Positions 10,952-20,437 of a stretch of DNA of 32,000 nucleotides are shown one piece after another. Both the position numbers and the translations under genes were made by a program. Source of the stretch: Prochlorococcus marinus subsp. pastoris str. CCMP1986 (GTDB lineage Bacteria > Cyanobacteriota > Cyanobacteriia > PCC-6307 > Cyanobiaceae); assembly GCF_000011465.1 (NCBI RefSeq), contig NC_005072.1:750001-782000 (forward strand), given 5' to 3'. Position 1 is the stretch's first letter. Each line of letters opens with the position of its first letter. The notes beneath the pieces are model-generated. The model made no database searches. It was not told the DNA's origin and saw nothing but the letters and a program-made list of their open reading frames with translations.

Positions 10952-11605
10952 TTAAGGCTTTTTACATATAAATTTTTTTTTCCTCTTGGGATATAAAGTT
11001 CTACACATTAAGCATTTTGTACCATCACAACCTCTTGCCGTACAATGTTCCCTTCCATAGAAAATTATTTGCAAATGTAAAGTGTTCCATTCTGAGATTG
11101 GAAAAATATTTTTAAGATCTTTTTCGGTCTGCCTTACATTATCTCCATTTGTAATCCCCCATCTTTGTGATAAACGATGTATGTGTGTATCAACAGGGAA
11201 GGATGGAATATTAAATACTTGTGACATTACAACTGAAGCTGTTTTATGACCAACTCCAGGTAGTGATTCAAGCTCTTCGAATGAATTGGGAACTTGACCA
11301 TGAAATTCTTCGATTATTAATTTTGATAAGAGGTAAATATTTTTAGATTTTTGGTTAGAAAGACCTAATTGTTTTATGTATTCATAAATTCTGGAAACGC
11401 CGAGTTCTTTCATTTTTTCTGGAGTATCTGCGACTTTAAATAATTCCTTAGTTAGTTCATTAACTTTCTTATCTGTAGATTGAGCACTTAATACTACTGC
11501 CACAAGCAACGTGAAAGCATTTGTGTGATTAAGGGGGATTGGAGGAGATGGATATAACTCTTTAAGTTCTTTAAGTATAATTTCTGCTCTTTCACTCTTT
11601 TTCAT
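10952..11605 (-). CDS. nth: endonuclease III
   Basis: LLVAVVLSAQSTDKKVN, LPGVGHKTASVV, and C-terminal 4Fe-4S pattern CTARGCDGTKCLMC. Confidence 0.95.
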   Translation of the reverse strand: MKKSERAEIILKELKELYPSPPIPLNHTNAFTLLVAVVLSAQSTDKKVNELTKELFKVADTPEKMKELGVSRIYEYIKQLGLSNQKSKNIYLLSKLIIEEFHGQVPNSFEELESLPGVGHKTASVVMSQVFNIPSFPVDTHIHRLSQRWGITNGDNVRQTEKDLKNIFPISEWNTLHLQIIFYGREHCTARGCDGTKCLMCRTLYPKRKKKFICKKP

Positions 11606-11702
11606 TTATTTAATTTTTTAAGTGATGTATAAAATTATACAAGTGATATTTATGGTGAATATTTTCTGTTAGCTTTAGTATTCTAAAGACTTAAATGTTT
11701 TA

Positions 11703-12761
11703 GTGGAAAAAGAGGCGTTAATAATTGATGATTTACATCATAAATATGATAATCAAAAAATTTCCAATTGGATATTAAATGCAATTAACTTAAAAATAGA
11801 AAAGGGTCAATTATTAGGACTTCTTGGACCTTCTGGTTGCGGTAAAACTACTCTTTTAAGATTAATCGCCGGATTTGAATATCCTTTAAAAGGAAAAATT
11901 ATTTTAAATGATCAGGAAATTTCAAATAAAAATAGAATACTAACTCCAGAAAAAAGAAAAATAGGAATGGTTTTCCAGGATTATGCTCTTTTCCCTCATC
12001 TAACTGTTTTAGAAAATGCAATGTTTGGTTTGAAAGATAAAAAGAATAAATCAAGAGTTAATTTTCTAATAAATATTGTAGGTCTCGATAAATTTATAAA
12101 TAGGTATCCACATGAATTATCAGGAGGACAAAAACAGAGACTTGCTATTGCTAGAGCTTTAGCTCCGGGAACAAATTTTATATTATTAGATGAACCATTT
12201 TGTAGTTTGGATATACACGTAAAATTAAAATTAAGAAGTGAACTTCCAAATATCCTTAGAAGTTGCAATGCAAGTGGATTAATGGTTACTCATGATCCTG
12301 AAGAGGCCATGTCTATATGCGACAAGGTTGCTGTGATGAATGAAGGGAAAATACATCAAGTTGATTCACCTTTAAAACTTTTAGAAAACCCTAAAACAAT
12401 TTTTGTAAGTAGTTTTATTCTGGGCAATAATATTCTTAATCTCAAAAAAAAAGAAAACTCTTTTTCATGTTGTATAGGTGAAATAAATACTTCTTCTTTG
12501 GAGGGTAAAAATAATATCAAATTTATTTCTATTCCCCAGAAATTTATTTCTATTAAAAGTTCTGTAGATGGCGATGCAAAAATAGTTTCAAAAGAATTTA
12601 TGGGTGAATATTTTATGTATAAACTATCGCTTAAAGAAGAAACATTAAGGGTCAGAACTAACATTAATGATGACCTTAATGTTGGAGATAATTGTTTTTT
12701 AAGTATAGATAAAGATTGTTTCTGTTTTTTATATCCTGGAGCACATAAGATCTTTATTTAA
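11703..12761 (+). CDS. Fe3+-type (FutC/FbpC-like) ABC transporter ATP-binding protein
   Basis: Walker A GPSGCGKTT, signature LSGGQKQRLAIARAL, Walker B FILLDEPF, C-terminal TOBE-like domain; adjacent to ferritin. Confidence 0.85.
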   Translation: MEKEALIIDDLHHKYDNQKISNWILNAINLKIEKGQLLGLLGPSGCGKTTLLRLIAGFEYPLKGKIILNDQEISNKNRILTPEKRKIGMVFQDYALFPHLTVLENAMFGLKDKKNKSRVNFLINIVGLDKFINRYPHELSGGQKQRLAIARALAPGTNFILLDEPFCSLDIHVKLKLRSELPNILRSCNASGLMVTHDPEEAMSICDKVAVMNEGKIHQVDSPLKLLENPKTIFVSSFILGNNILNLKKKENSFSCCIGEINTSSLEGKNNIKFISIPQKFISIKSSVDGDAKIVSKEFMGEYFMYKLSLKEETLRVRTNINDDLNVGDNCFLSIDKDCFCFLYPGAHKIFI

Positions 12762-12768
12762 TTAAATT

Positions 12769-12924
12769 TTATAGGCAATTACACTTGCCTCCTTTCCAGT
12801 TTGAACATTTTTTCTTTTTACATTTCTTTTTTTTGTTTGCATATAATTTATTAATTAGTAGAAATTCAGAATAATCTTTTCCTAAATTCATTTTATTGAT
12901 ATTGCTATTGATATTCATTATCAT
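12769..12924 (-). CDS. cryptic small Cys/Lys-rich peptide (not in supplied ORF track)
   Basis: My manual translation: MIMNINSNINKMNLGKDYSEFLLINKLYANKKKKCKKKKCSNWKGGKCNCL* (51 aa; alternative start at 12891). Confidence 0.45.
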   Translation of the reverse strand: MIMNINSNINKMNLGKDYSEFLLINKLYANKKKKCKKKKCSNWKGGKCNCL

Positions 12925-13013
12925 ATTCACTCATATATTTTTAATCTTTTTTAAGTTACCAATTTATACAAAATGTTGTATTATTTAAATATGAATTTTA
13001 ATTGATAATGACT

Positions 13014-13562
13014 ATGAATAATTTAAAAACAAAAAAATTAGTTAATTTAGGTCCTTCTGGTAGAGCTGTTGCTCAGCCAATGGATGTTAGCTTATTGGAT
13101 AACTTTTATGAACATCTAACAATGGAAAGATATGCAAATGTTCAATATTTTTCTATTTATTTATGGTTTCAAGAAAGAGATTTAGATGGCTTTGCTTCAC
13201 ATTTTCTAAGTGAATCTCAAGGAGAAATGGAACATGCCTATAAATTTGCTAATTATTTTATTGCTCGTGGACAAACCGTAAAATTGAAGGAATTACCTGC
13301 TCCAATTCAGACATGGGATTCTATTGAGGATATAATTTCTTATTCATTCAATATGGAAGCTGATTTAACTTCTTCGTTACAACAGTTATATTCAATTTCA
13401 GAGAGAATTTCAGATACAAGAACTAGTGTTTTCTTAGATCCAATTGTGGATGCTCAAACAAAATCTGAGGATGAATTTGCTCATATATTAGGAAAAGTTA
13501 AATTTGCAGCGAATCAGCCTTCTGCAATACTTTTAATTGATAGTGATTTAAAGAAAAAATAA
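13014..13562 (+). CDS. ftn: non-haem ferritin
   Basis: MERYANVQYFSIYLWFQERDLDGFASHFLSESQGEMEHAYKFANYFIARGQTV and DEFAHILGKVKFA ferroxidase-type motifs. Track start 13002; internal Met starts also possible. Confidence 0.92.
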   Translation: MNNLKTKKLVNLGPSGRAVAQPMDVSLLDNFYEHLTMERYANVQYFSIYLWFQERDLDGFASHFLSESQGEMEHAYKFANYFIARGQTVKLKELPAPIQTWDSIEDIISYSFNMEADLTSSLQQLYSISERISDTRTSVFLDPIVDAQTKSEDEFAHILGKVKFAANQPSAILLIDSDLKKK

Positions 13563-13838
13563 ATTCTTTTCTATTCTTTTTTGATCAATAGTTCTTTTAC
13601 ATTTCTCAACTAATAAACTAGAAAAACTAATATTTTCATTATTTCTATTTTTTAATACTTTTGCTATTGAAAATATCTCATTTAATCTTTGCGAGATATT
13701 TTTATTTTCATAAAATAATCTATCTCGCAATCCTACGTGTGAAGTGTTGAAATAAGCTTGATGAATATTCGTTATCCTGTAACTTAATGAGTCAACTTCT
13801 ATTAGCAAGTTATTGATTATGGATTCAGATTTATACAT
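13548..13838 (-). CDS. small hypothetical protein downstream of Crp-family regulator
   Basis: ORF MYKSESIINNLLIEVDSLSYRI...; the longer track start (13883) would overlap the upstream gene. Confidence 0.5.
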   Translation of the reverse strand: MYKSESIINNLLIEVDSLSYRITNIHQAYFNTSHVGLRDRLFYENKNISQRLNEIFSIAKVLKNRNNENISFSSLLVEKCKRTIDQKRIEKNLFFL

Positions 13839-13845
13839 ATTTCGT

Positions 13846-14442
13846 TTATAAAGGGGAGGCTTCAATAAATGATGGGGCCACACTTACTGTCTGTGTTCCA
13901 AGTGGAGCTATTAATAACTCAGATGAACGGAGTTTTGAGATTAATCTTGTAGATGTTACCCGTGTTGAACCTATTAATTCTCCTATCCTTTCATGAGTAA
14001 GCCTAAAAGGTAATACGCACCATTGACCGCATCTTCTTCCGAGACGGTTAACTAATATTGAAAATAGAGCTTGTAGTCTTTGCTCTGCATTTCCAAGATG
14101 TCTTATTCTCAAGAGTTGAAGAGTCCATTCATTAACAGCATCAAATCCAGCATTTTCAGAAATATTAACATTACTTTGGAAGGACAAATCAGTTAACCCT
14201 TCTACACAAACACCTTCACTGCATAATAAATCAGTTCTTAATTGATCTCCTGATTGCAAGAAAGCAAGAGTCATCCCTTCTGTTTCTTCACATGGGCAAT
14301 ATACTCTTGCAATGCCGCTCTCAACTTCAAGACAGGTCCCCATTGGCCTCGAGGAGGGATCGATAAGAACTGACTGTCCAGTTACCATAGTTACTTTACG
14401 AACAGTTTTTGATGAATATTCTCCATAATTATGGAAATTCAT
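13846..14442 (-). CDS. Crp/Fnr-family transcriptional regulator
   Basis: C-terminal winged HTH RLTHERIGELIGSTRVTSTRLISKLRSSELL; N-terminal cyclic-nucleotide-like region. Confidence 0.85.
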   Translation of the reverse strand: MNFHNYGEYSSKTVRKVTMVTGQSVLIDPSSRPMGTCLEVESGIARVYCPCEETEGMTLAFLQSGDQLRTDLLCSEGVCVEGLTDLSFQSNVNISENAGFDAVNEWTLQLLRIRHLGNAEQRLQALFSILVNRLGRRCGQWCVLPFRLTHERIGELIGSTRVTSTRLISKLRSSELLIAPLGTQTVSVAPSFIEASPL

Positions 14443-14599
14443 ATTAATTAAACTTTGATAATGAGAATTATTATCAATTATGAATCAAATTATTCTTTAT
14501 TGCAATAGATTCTCATTATCATGGTTTATTTTGAATTTTTTCTTTACATTATTAAATCGAATATAATTTAAATGGGTGGAATTAATTTTAGAATTAGAT

Positions 14600-14791
14600 A
14601 TGAGTTCTAATAAAATCTGTTTAAATTGTGGCAGTTCCGATCTTGTCTCTGACAGATCATTAGGAGGTAGGATGGTCTGCTTTAAATGTGGTTCCTCTTC
14701 ATTTAAAAATAATTCTTTTTCGCGCATTCAAAACAAAAAGATTATTTATTTATTAATTGTCTTGGTTATTCTATTGATTGTAGTTCTTTAG
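14600..14791 (+). CDS. small zinc-ribbon protein with C-terminal TM helix
   Basis: MSSNKICLNCGSSDLVSDRSLGGRMVCFKCGSSSF...IIYLLIVLVILLIVVL; two CxxC knuckles and a TM. Preferred over antisense ORF 14497..14727. Confidence 0.65.
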   Translation: MSSNKICLNCGSSDLVSDRSLGGRMVCFKCGSSSFKNNSFSRIQNKKIIYLLIVLVILLIVVL

Positions 14792-15572
14792 CTTTTCTGT
14801 AAACATGCCAATAGCCTTTATATTTAGCAACCTCGATATTAATATCAAATAAAATACTTAAAATTTTGCCATTTATTGTTTCGCTTTGCGTTCCATCTGC
14901 AATTATTATTCTGTCTTTCATCATTATGACCCTGTTGTATATTTCTGTAATCATTGATATATCATGAGTTACGCAAATTATTTTAGTATTTAATCTTGTT
15001 AATTCATTAATTTGATCTATTACATAGAATTTTGATTTTAAATCTAAATTAGCAATTGGTTCATCTAGAATTAATATCTCTGGATTTTTAACTAAAGCTC
15101 TAGCAATTAGAACAATTTGTTTTTCACCTTCAGATAAATGTGAAAAATATCTTTGGGATAACTTTGTTATTAACATCTTGTTAATTAGATTTTCCGCTAA
15201 TAAAACATCCTTTTCAGATTTATTTAAGATTTTGCAATACTTACCATATAAACCACTAATAATTAAATCAAATACCGTTATATTTGCATTTACTCTTGCC
15301 TTAACATCCTGATTTACTGTACTGATCTTTTTTCTAAGTTCCCAAATACTAATGTGTCCTTTATTAAATAGTTTAAAAACAGTATCTTTCTTTAAAACTG
15401 GATAAATATTTCTATTTATTAATTCTAATAAAGATGACTTTCCAGAGCCATTAGGTCCAATCATAATTACATTTTCACTATATTTTAGTTTTAAATTTAA
15501 ATCCTTCACTACCTCGTATTCATTTTTAAAGCAACTAATATTTTTTGCTTCAAGCCATAAATCATTAGTCAC
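14766..15572 (-). CDS. ABC transporter ATP-binding protein
   Basis: Walker A GPNGSGKSS, signature LSEGEKQIVLIARAL, Walker B ILILDEPIANLD. Confidence 0.85.
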   Translation of the reverse strand: MTNDLWLEAKNISCFKNEYEVVKDLNLKLKYSENVIMIGPNGSGKSSLLELINRNIYPVLKKDTVFKLFNKGHISIWELRKKISTVNQDVKARVNANITVFDLIISGLYGKYCKILNKSEKDVLLAENLINKMLITKLSQRYFSHLSEGEKQIVLIARALVKNPEILILDEPIANLDLKSKFYVIDQINELTRLNTKIICVTHDISMITEIYNRVIMMKDRIIIADGTQSETINGKILSILFDINIEVAKYKGYWHVYRKAKELQSIE

Positions 15573-15678
15573 TAAAATTTGTTACTCCAGAATATGAATA
15601 ACTGTATTGAACTAAGAACGAATATTAAAAGATAAAGCCAATTAAGCCATGCTGGTCGATTAACTTTTTTCATTGAAG

Positions 15679-17001
15679 TTATATTATGAGCAACAAAAAC
15701 ACGAGTGGTGCTGCATATCTTATAAATGTTTTTCTTATTATATTTATATTATTAATTACTTCCAATTTCTTAATTTCTGGAGGATATTTCAGAATTATCT
15801 CATCATAAACATTTAGTTCCTTATTTTTATTTATGTGTTTCCAAGGATTATCCTTTTCTTCAGATTTTTTATACCAATTCCAGAAATAATTAATTATTCT
15901 ATCTTCACCTAGTAATTTTATCTCGTCATTTTTTATTAAGCCTAATTTTTGATTATAAGTTTGGGTTTTAAGAATCATATAATCTTCATCAAAAATTTTG
16001 TAAAAAATCTTTTTTTGAATCTCTTTGAATAATATTAAATTATTAAGGAATTTGTTTTTAAGGAATTTCCTATAATGTCTAACTATTACTCTCGCTTTAT
16101 TATCTCCTAGGGGAATGTGATCAAGCACTTGCACATATCGTGAAGCGGCTGGATCTCCTTTATAGATTAAAATCCTTCCTGGCGGAATATACTTTATTCT
16201 TATAAATTCTTTTGTAGGATTATTTTTGTAGAAATATATACTTTCAATATAATTTGGATTGATATTTATTTTTTGATTAAAACTTACTAGAACATTTTTA
16301 TTTACATCTTTGTCTGGAATTGTATCACCATGAACCCAAAATATATGAAGTATATCCAAATGATTTTCGATAATTCTTGACCAATCACATTTAAAATCAA
16401 CTAAAACTTCTTCAGATACGGAATCTTTAACTGAAAATCCATTAGCAGTTAAATCATAATTACTAATTAATGAATCATCGTTAAATTTATTTAAATCTGT
16501 CTCTGACTTGTCAGTAAAATAAATAAAGATATAACTTTCCCTCTCTACTACTTTGAATTGAGATAAGTGAATTCTCTTTGCATAATTATCATAATTATTG
16601 TCAACAATATGACTACAGGTTATCCTATCTATATTTTGACAGTTTCCTTGAGAACTGAATCTTGCCCCATGATATGGGCATGTTAATTCACCATTAGAAA
16701 TTGAACCGCCATAAAAGGAGGAACCTCTATGAGGGCAAATATTTTTGATACATCTAACATTATTGTTCTTGTCTCTAAAAAGAAGAAGAGGTTCATCAAA
16801 CAATGAAAAATAATGAATTTTGTTTTTTTTAAGCTCTGTTGAAGGACAAATTGCATACCAGCCATGTAAACCTAATTTTAATTCTTTTTGTTTTTCTCTT
16901 ACCTCCAAATTATCTATATTAACTACAGTTCCTTTTTTAAAAGGCTTTAAAACCGTATTAATATCTTTAGTTTTAAAAAAATTAATTTGCTTATTTTCCA
17001 T
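15679..17001 (-). CDS. Rieske [2Fe-2S] ring-hydroxylating oxygenase, pheophorbide a oxygenase/TIC55-like, C-terminal TM
   Basis: CPHRGSSFYGG...CPYHGARF Rieske motif, WSRIIENHLDILHIFWVHGDT mononuclear iron region, C-terminal YAAPLVFLLLII. Confidence 0.8.
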   Translation of the reverse strand: MENKQINFFKTKDINTVLKPFKKGTVVNIDNLEVREKQKELKLGLHGWYAICPSTELKKNKIHYFSLFDEPLLLFRDKNNNVRCIKNICPHRGSSFYGGSISNGELTCPYHGARFSSQGNCQNIDRITCSHIVDNNYDNYAKRIHLSQFKVVERESYIFIYFTDKSETDLNKFNDDSLISNYDLTANGFSVKDSVSEEVLVDFKCDWSRIIENHLDILHIFWVHGDTIPDKDVNKNVLVSFNQKININPNYIESIYFYKNNPTKEFIRIKYIPPGRILIYKGDPAASRYVQVLDHIPLGDNKARVIVRHYRKFLKNKFLNNLILFKEIQKKIFYKIFDEDYMILKTQTYNQKLGLIKNDEIKLLGEDRIINYFWNWYKKSEEKDNPWKHINKNKELNVYDEIILKYPPEIKKLEVINNINIIRKTFIRYAAPLVFLLLII

Positions 17002-17366
17002 AAACTAATATCTTTTTTTAATTTACTAGTTATCTTTGGGAACTATAACTCAAGTAAATAATCAATTTCTGTTATAAAAAAAATTCTCTATCATTTGTAG
17101 CAATATTTGGAGAAGAAATATTAGATTATCATCCTCTTAACTAATAAAGTATCTTTTAATCGTTTGAAAAGTAAATTTTGTTCTATTCTTGTGTTTTTCA
17201 AATAATTTTGTAGATTTTTCAAAATTTTGTCAAATATTTTATTTTCTAAATAACCTTATATAACTTAAATAATTTTTTCTATACCAATGAATTATCAAGT
17301 TTTAATGAATGCGATTGTTTAATAATTATTGTTAATGTAAATTAAATCAATAATATTTGGTTTTCA

Positions 17367-17711
17367 ATGTTTAAAAATATTTTTAATATTCTTTTATTAT
17401 TTCTTTTCTTGATATTCGATACCCCTGCTTATCCTATTGACTCTTCACAAAAGGCTATTGAAAAATATTCTTTAAAGATTTCCAGTAAGTTTGCAAATAC
17501 TTATTGTAACTCGATAAAATTTGGTATTTCCAAGGATGGGGCGTTGAGATTTTCAATAGGAGAGACAAATAAAGAATTTTCTTATAGTAAATTAAATAAA
17601 TTTATTGACTATGAACTTCTTAATAAAAATATTCTTCTAAGCCTAAAAAATAATTGCAAGATATTCGACTTCCCTGAATATGAATTAGACAAATTGGCAT
17701 TTAAAAACTAA
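17367..17711 (+). CDS. secreted hypothetical protein
   Basis: Signal peptide MFKNIFNILLLFLFLIFDTPAYPID followed by a 90-aa domain with two Cys. Confidence 0.5.
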   Translation: MFKNIFNILLLFLFLIFDTPAYPIDSSQKAIEKYSLKISSKFANTYCNSIKFGISKDGALRFSIGETNKEFSYSKLNKFIDYELLNKNILLSLKNNCKIFDFPEYELDKLAFKN

Positions 17712-17738
17712 ATTTTAAATATTTCCTAAAATAAAGCT

Positions 17739-17921
17739 TTATTTCTTCCCTATCCAATCATTTGGTTTCTCCATCATCCAGTCAAAAACGCCTTTTGCAT
17801 CAAGATTTCTTGAGGCAATTATGAATAATATTGGAAATAATAAAGACACTATTCCGATTACAAATATTTCTAATTTTCCAATTCCAATTTCAGAAAATGT
17901 TAAAGCAAAAATTTTAATCAT
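17739..17921 (-). CDS. small membrane protein
   Basis: MIKIFALTFSEIGIGKLEIFVIGIVSLLFPILFIIASRNLDAKGVFDWMMEKPNDWIGKK. Confidence 0.55.
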   Translation of the reverse strand: MIKIFALTFSEIGIGKLEIFVIGIVSLLFPILFIIASRNLDAKGVFDWMMEKPNDWIGKK

Positions 17922-18102
17922 TTTTTGATTGTATTACTAATTTCGTGACTGGCAATAGTTGATAAATCAATATTAGAATAATTTATGTTTATGAAAATTA
18001 TATTACTAAATTATGGCTAAATTTAAATTTAATATTTTGTATAAAGTAACTATTTAACAAGTCATATTATTTAAATAAATTATATGAAGAGTTTAATTTT
18101 TA

Positions 18103-18255
18103 ATGACGTTTAATTCATTAACCTATTTTATTGCATCGATTTTAACATTAATGATAGTTTTCTCGTTTTCTAAAATCTTTTTTAAAAGTAAAAAAAGAAG
18201 TGCAAAAAGTATTTATAAATTAATTGATGATTTAGAAAAAAAATATATTTATTAG
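18103..18255 (+). CDS. small single-TM protein (not in supplied ORF track)
   Basis: Manual translation: MTFNSLTYFIASILTLMIVFSFSKIFFKSKKRSAKSIYKLIDDLEKKYIY* (50 aa). Confidence 0.5.
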   Translation: MTFNSLTYFIASILTLMIVFSFSKIFFKSKKRSAKSIYKLIDDLEKKYIY

Positions 18256-18321
18256 ATTTCTTCAAACTACTAATTGTAATGTTATTTAATAATTGAAAAA
18301 TATTTTCATTTAGTAATTAAT

Positions 18322-18618
18322 TTAATCAAATTCAATGCCAACTTCTTCTTTAGCATCTCTATCTAAATCAGGAAGATGTGGTTCTACCCAGTGTTCTTTA
18401 TTATCGATACCTGCTGCGTTGACATAATTCATAATGTGTTGATCAACTTGCTTATATAAGTCATGAAGGTTTAAATCCATCCGAATGTCATGAGCAATTT
18501 CTGAAACTTGTTGTTCAGTTAGACAATGATCCGGATGTAATAAATCACAACAAGGAATTCTTTTTTCAATCAACTCATTTATGTTGATTTTTATTTCGTA
18601 ATCTTGATGTACAGTCAT
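18322..18618 (-). CDS. hypothetical protein
   Basis: MTVHQDYEIKININELIEKRIPCCDLLHPDHCLTEQQVSEIAHDIRMDLNLHDLYKQ..., intact 98-aa ORF. Confidence 0.65.
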   Translation of the reverse strand: MTVHQDYEIKININELIEKRIPCCDLLHPDHCLTEQQVSEIAHDIRMDLNLHDLYKQVDQHIMNYVNAAGIDNKEHWVEPHLPDLDRDAKEEVGIEFD

Positions 18619-18817
18619 TACTGTATAAGTTAATTAGTTTCAATTTTAATTACTCTTTTATTTATTTAAGTGTTCGGTTATGAAACGAAGTTGTTTGGTT
18701 TAAGAACTTTATCTTTTTCATTCATTAATTTTAATTTTTATATGAAATGACAAGAAATTTGAAAATACACTTGCATGGATATATTTTTATGTTTGATTTA
18801 AATAAAAGACATTAATT

Positions 18818-18997
18818 ATGAAGTCATTAAGGTTCTCTAGAGAGACTAATATTTACTTGCCAAACATATTAGATAAATTTAAAAAGAAGAAATCTAGTGG
18901 AGGAGCTTTCGTTACATGGTTCCTTGTATGGTATTTTGGTTCTTCAATATTATTATTACTAAGCTTGCATTCTTATTATATGGGCTTTGCTAGATAA
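18818..18997 (+). CDS. small membrane protein (59 aa, not in supplied ORF track)
   Basis: Manual translation: MKSLRFSRETNIYLPNILDKFKKKKSSGGAFVTWFLVWYFGSSILLLLSLHSYYMGFAR*. Confidence 0.55.
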   Translation: MKSLRFSRETNIYLPNILDKFKKKKSSGGAFVTWFLVWYFGSSILLLLSLHSYYMGFAR

Positions 18998-19025
18998 TAA
19001 TAAACGAAGTTTTAAAAAAGTTTAA

Positions 19026-19223
19026 TTATATAAACAGGTCTTCCAAGTCCTTATATAAATCATCTTGATCTAATTGATTACTTGGAGAATCTAGTTTCTC
19101 TACCTCTACTAATGACACTTCATCTTTAGACTTGTAATAAAGATATCCAATGGCCCCGAACAAAAGAGTGAAAGGTATGATCATAATAATAATTATTGAC
19201 TTGTTTTGAATATAGTGCAACAC
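19026..19223 (-). CDS. small single-TM acidic-tail protein
   Basis: MLHYIQNKSIIIIMIIPFTLLFGAIGYLYYKSKDEVSLVEVEKLDSPSNQLDQDDLYKDLEDLFI. Confidence 0.5.
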   Translation of the reverse strand: MLHYIQNKSIIIIMIIPFTLLFGAIGYLYYKSKDEVSLVEVEKLDSPSNQLDQDDLYKDLEDLFI

Positions 19224-19251
19224 TTACTTTAGTCAAGTGCCGAACTTTTAT

Positions 19252-19620
19252 ATGCCCACAAAGAAAAGAAGAGTTGGTTTTATCCCTAGAAGCGATGTCT
19301 TGGATCTAATAAATAAATTAAGTTTTGAAAACAATTTAAGTATTTCAAAAATAATTAATATTTTAGTAGAGGAGGCACTCTACAAAAGAGGGATATTCAA
19401 TATAAAAAATGGTAAAATTTTGAATTACGAAAACAAAATTAAATTTGATAATGAAAATCTAATAAAGATAAAGAATGATGACAAAGATATCTCTAATGAA
19501 ATTTATAATTCTGAAAATCAAAGTGATAACGTGCCGAGTCATAAATTTATTGATAAGGAAATTTATGAAAAATTTTTAATGTTCCTTCAATTTCAAGAAG
19601 AAATGAAAAAAAGGAATTAA
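19252..19620 (+). CDS. hypothetical protein with ribbon-helix-helix-like N-terminus
   Basis: MPTKKRRVGFIPRSDVLDLINKLSFENNLSISKIINILVEEALYKRGIF resembles CopG/RHH; start adjusted from track. Confidence 0.5.
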   Translation: MPTKKRRVGFIPRSDVLDLINKLSFENNLSISKIINILVEEALYKRGIFNIKNGKILNYENKIKFDNENLIKIKNDDKDISNEIYNSENQSDNVPSHKFIDKEIYEKFLMFLQFQEEMKKRN

Positions 19621-19769
19621 TATAAAAGTGTTGCACTGTTCAGTACAGTTAGGTACTATTTAAGGGTACATATTTTAAAATTTAAAGTCTTTGTCGAATA
19701 TTTATTTTCTGAGAATAGAAAATAAATTCAAATATTTTGAGGTCTTTTCCTTTTCCTTATCCATTTACT

Positions 19770-20102
19770 ATGAATTTTTATACTCAGGAATTAAAGCTTA
19801 ACCTTTTGCCTCCAGATAAATTATATTGTGATTTTAATCATTGGAGCTCTTTGTTTACTCAAGATATGTCCATACTTTGGGAAAAGGGACATTGTGTTCC
19901 TTTAAAGAACTTACCATCCGAAGTCTCCGATATGATTTTTCCTTATTTATTATTAGCCTTATCAGACTACAAGATTTTGAACAAAAAGAATTTAAAAGGG
20001 ATTGGACTTGATAACTTATTAAACCTATGGTTTGATAAATATTCTTTGAACAAAAATGGTTATTTCCAACTTACGAGTTTAACTAGAAAAAATATAATTT
20101 AA
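19770..20102 (+). CDS. hypothetical protein
   Basis: MNFYTQELKLNLLPPDKLYCDFNHWSSLFTQDMSILW..., internal Met preferred over track start 19737. Confidence 0.5.
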   Translation: MNFYTQELKLNLLPPDKLYCDFNHWSSLFTQDMSILWEKGHCVPLKNLPSEVSDMIFPYLLLALSDYKILNKKNLKGIGLDNLLNLWFDKYSLNKNGYFQLTSLTRKNII

Positions 20103-20437
20103 ACAATAAGGTAATTAAAGATCATTTTTATAAATTTTTTCTTCAAAAGTATTCAGTATATAGATTAGATAATTTTAAAAAGTGATTGCATAATAAATAA
20201 ATTGTTAATAAAATTATCAAATGAAAAAATATTTGTAGATTTATTTATTGAAAGCGGACTAAATCCTCGTGGAGAAATGGACTTTAGTCCGCTCTATCTT
20301 TTTAGCAAAGGAAAATTTAAGTGGCAAGTTAAGTCTCAATTTTTATTTTAATGATATCTTTTAGCTCTGAATTTTGAATACAATTTTACCAAGTTAATTT
20401 TTTGATTTATTTAGGTTCAATATTTATAAATTATCAT

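Noticed and set aside
14497-14727. - strand ORF of 76 aa
   Set aside because: Overlaps the + strand double-CxxC zinc-ribbon ORF, which is more protein-like.
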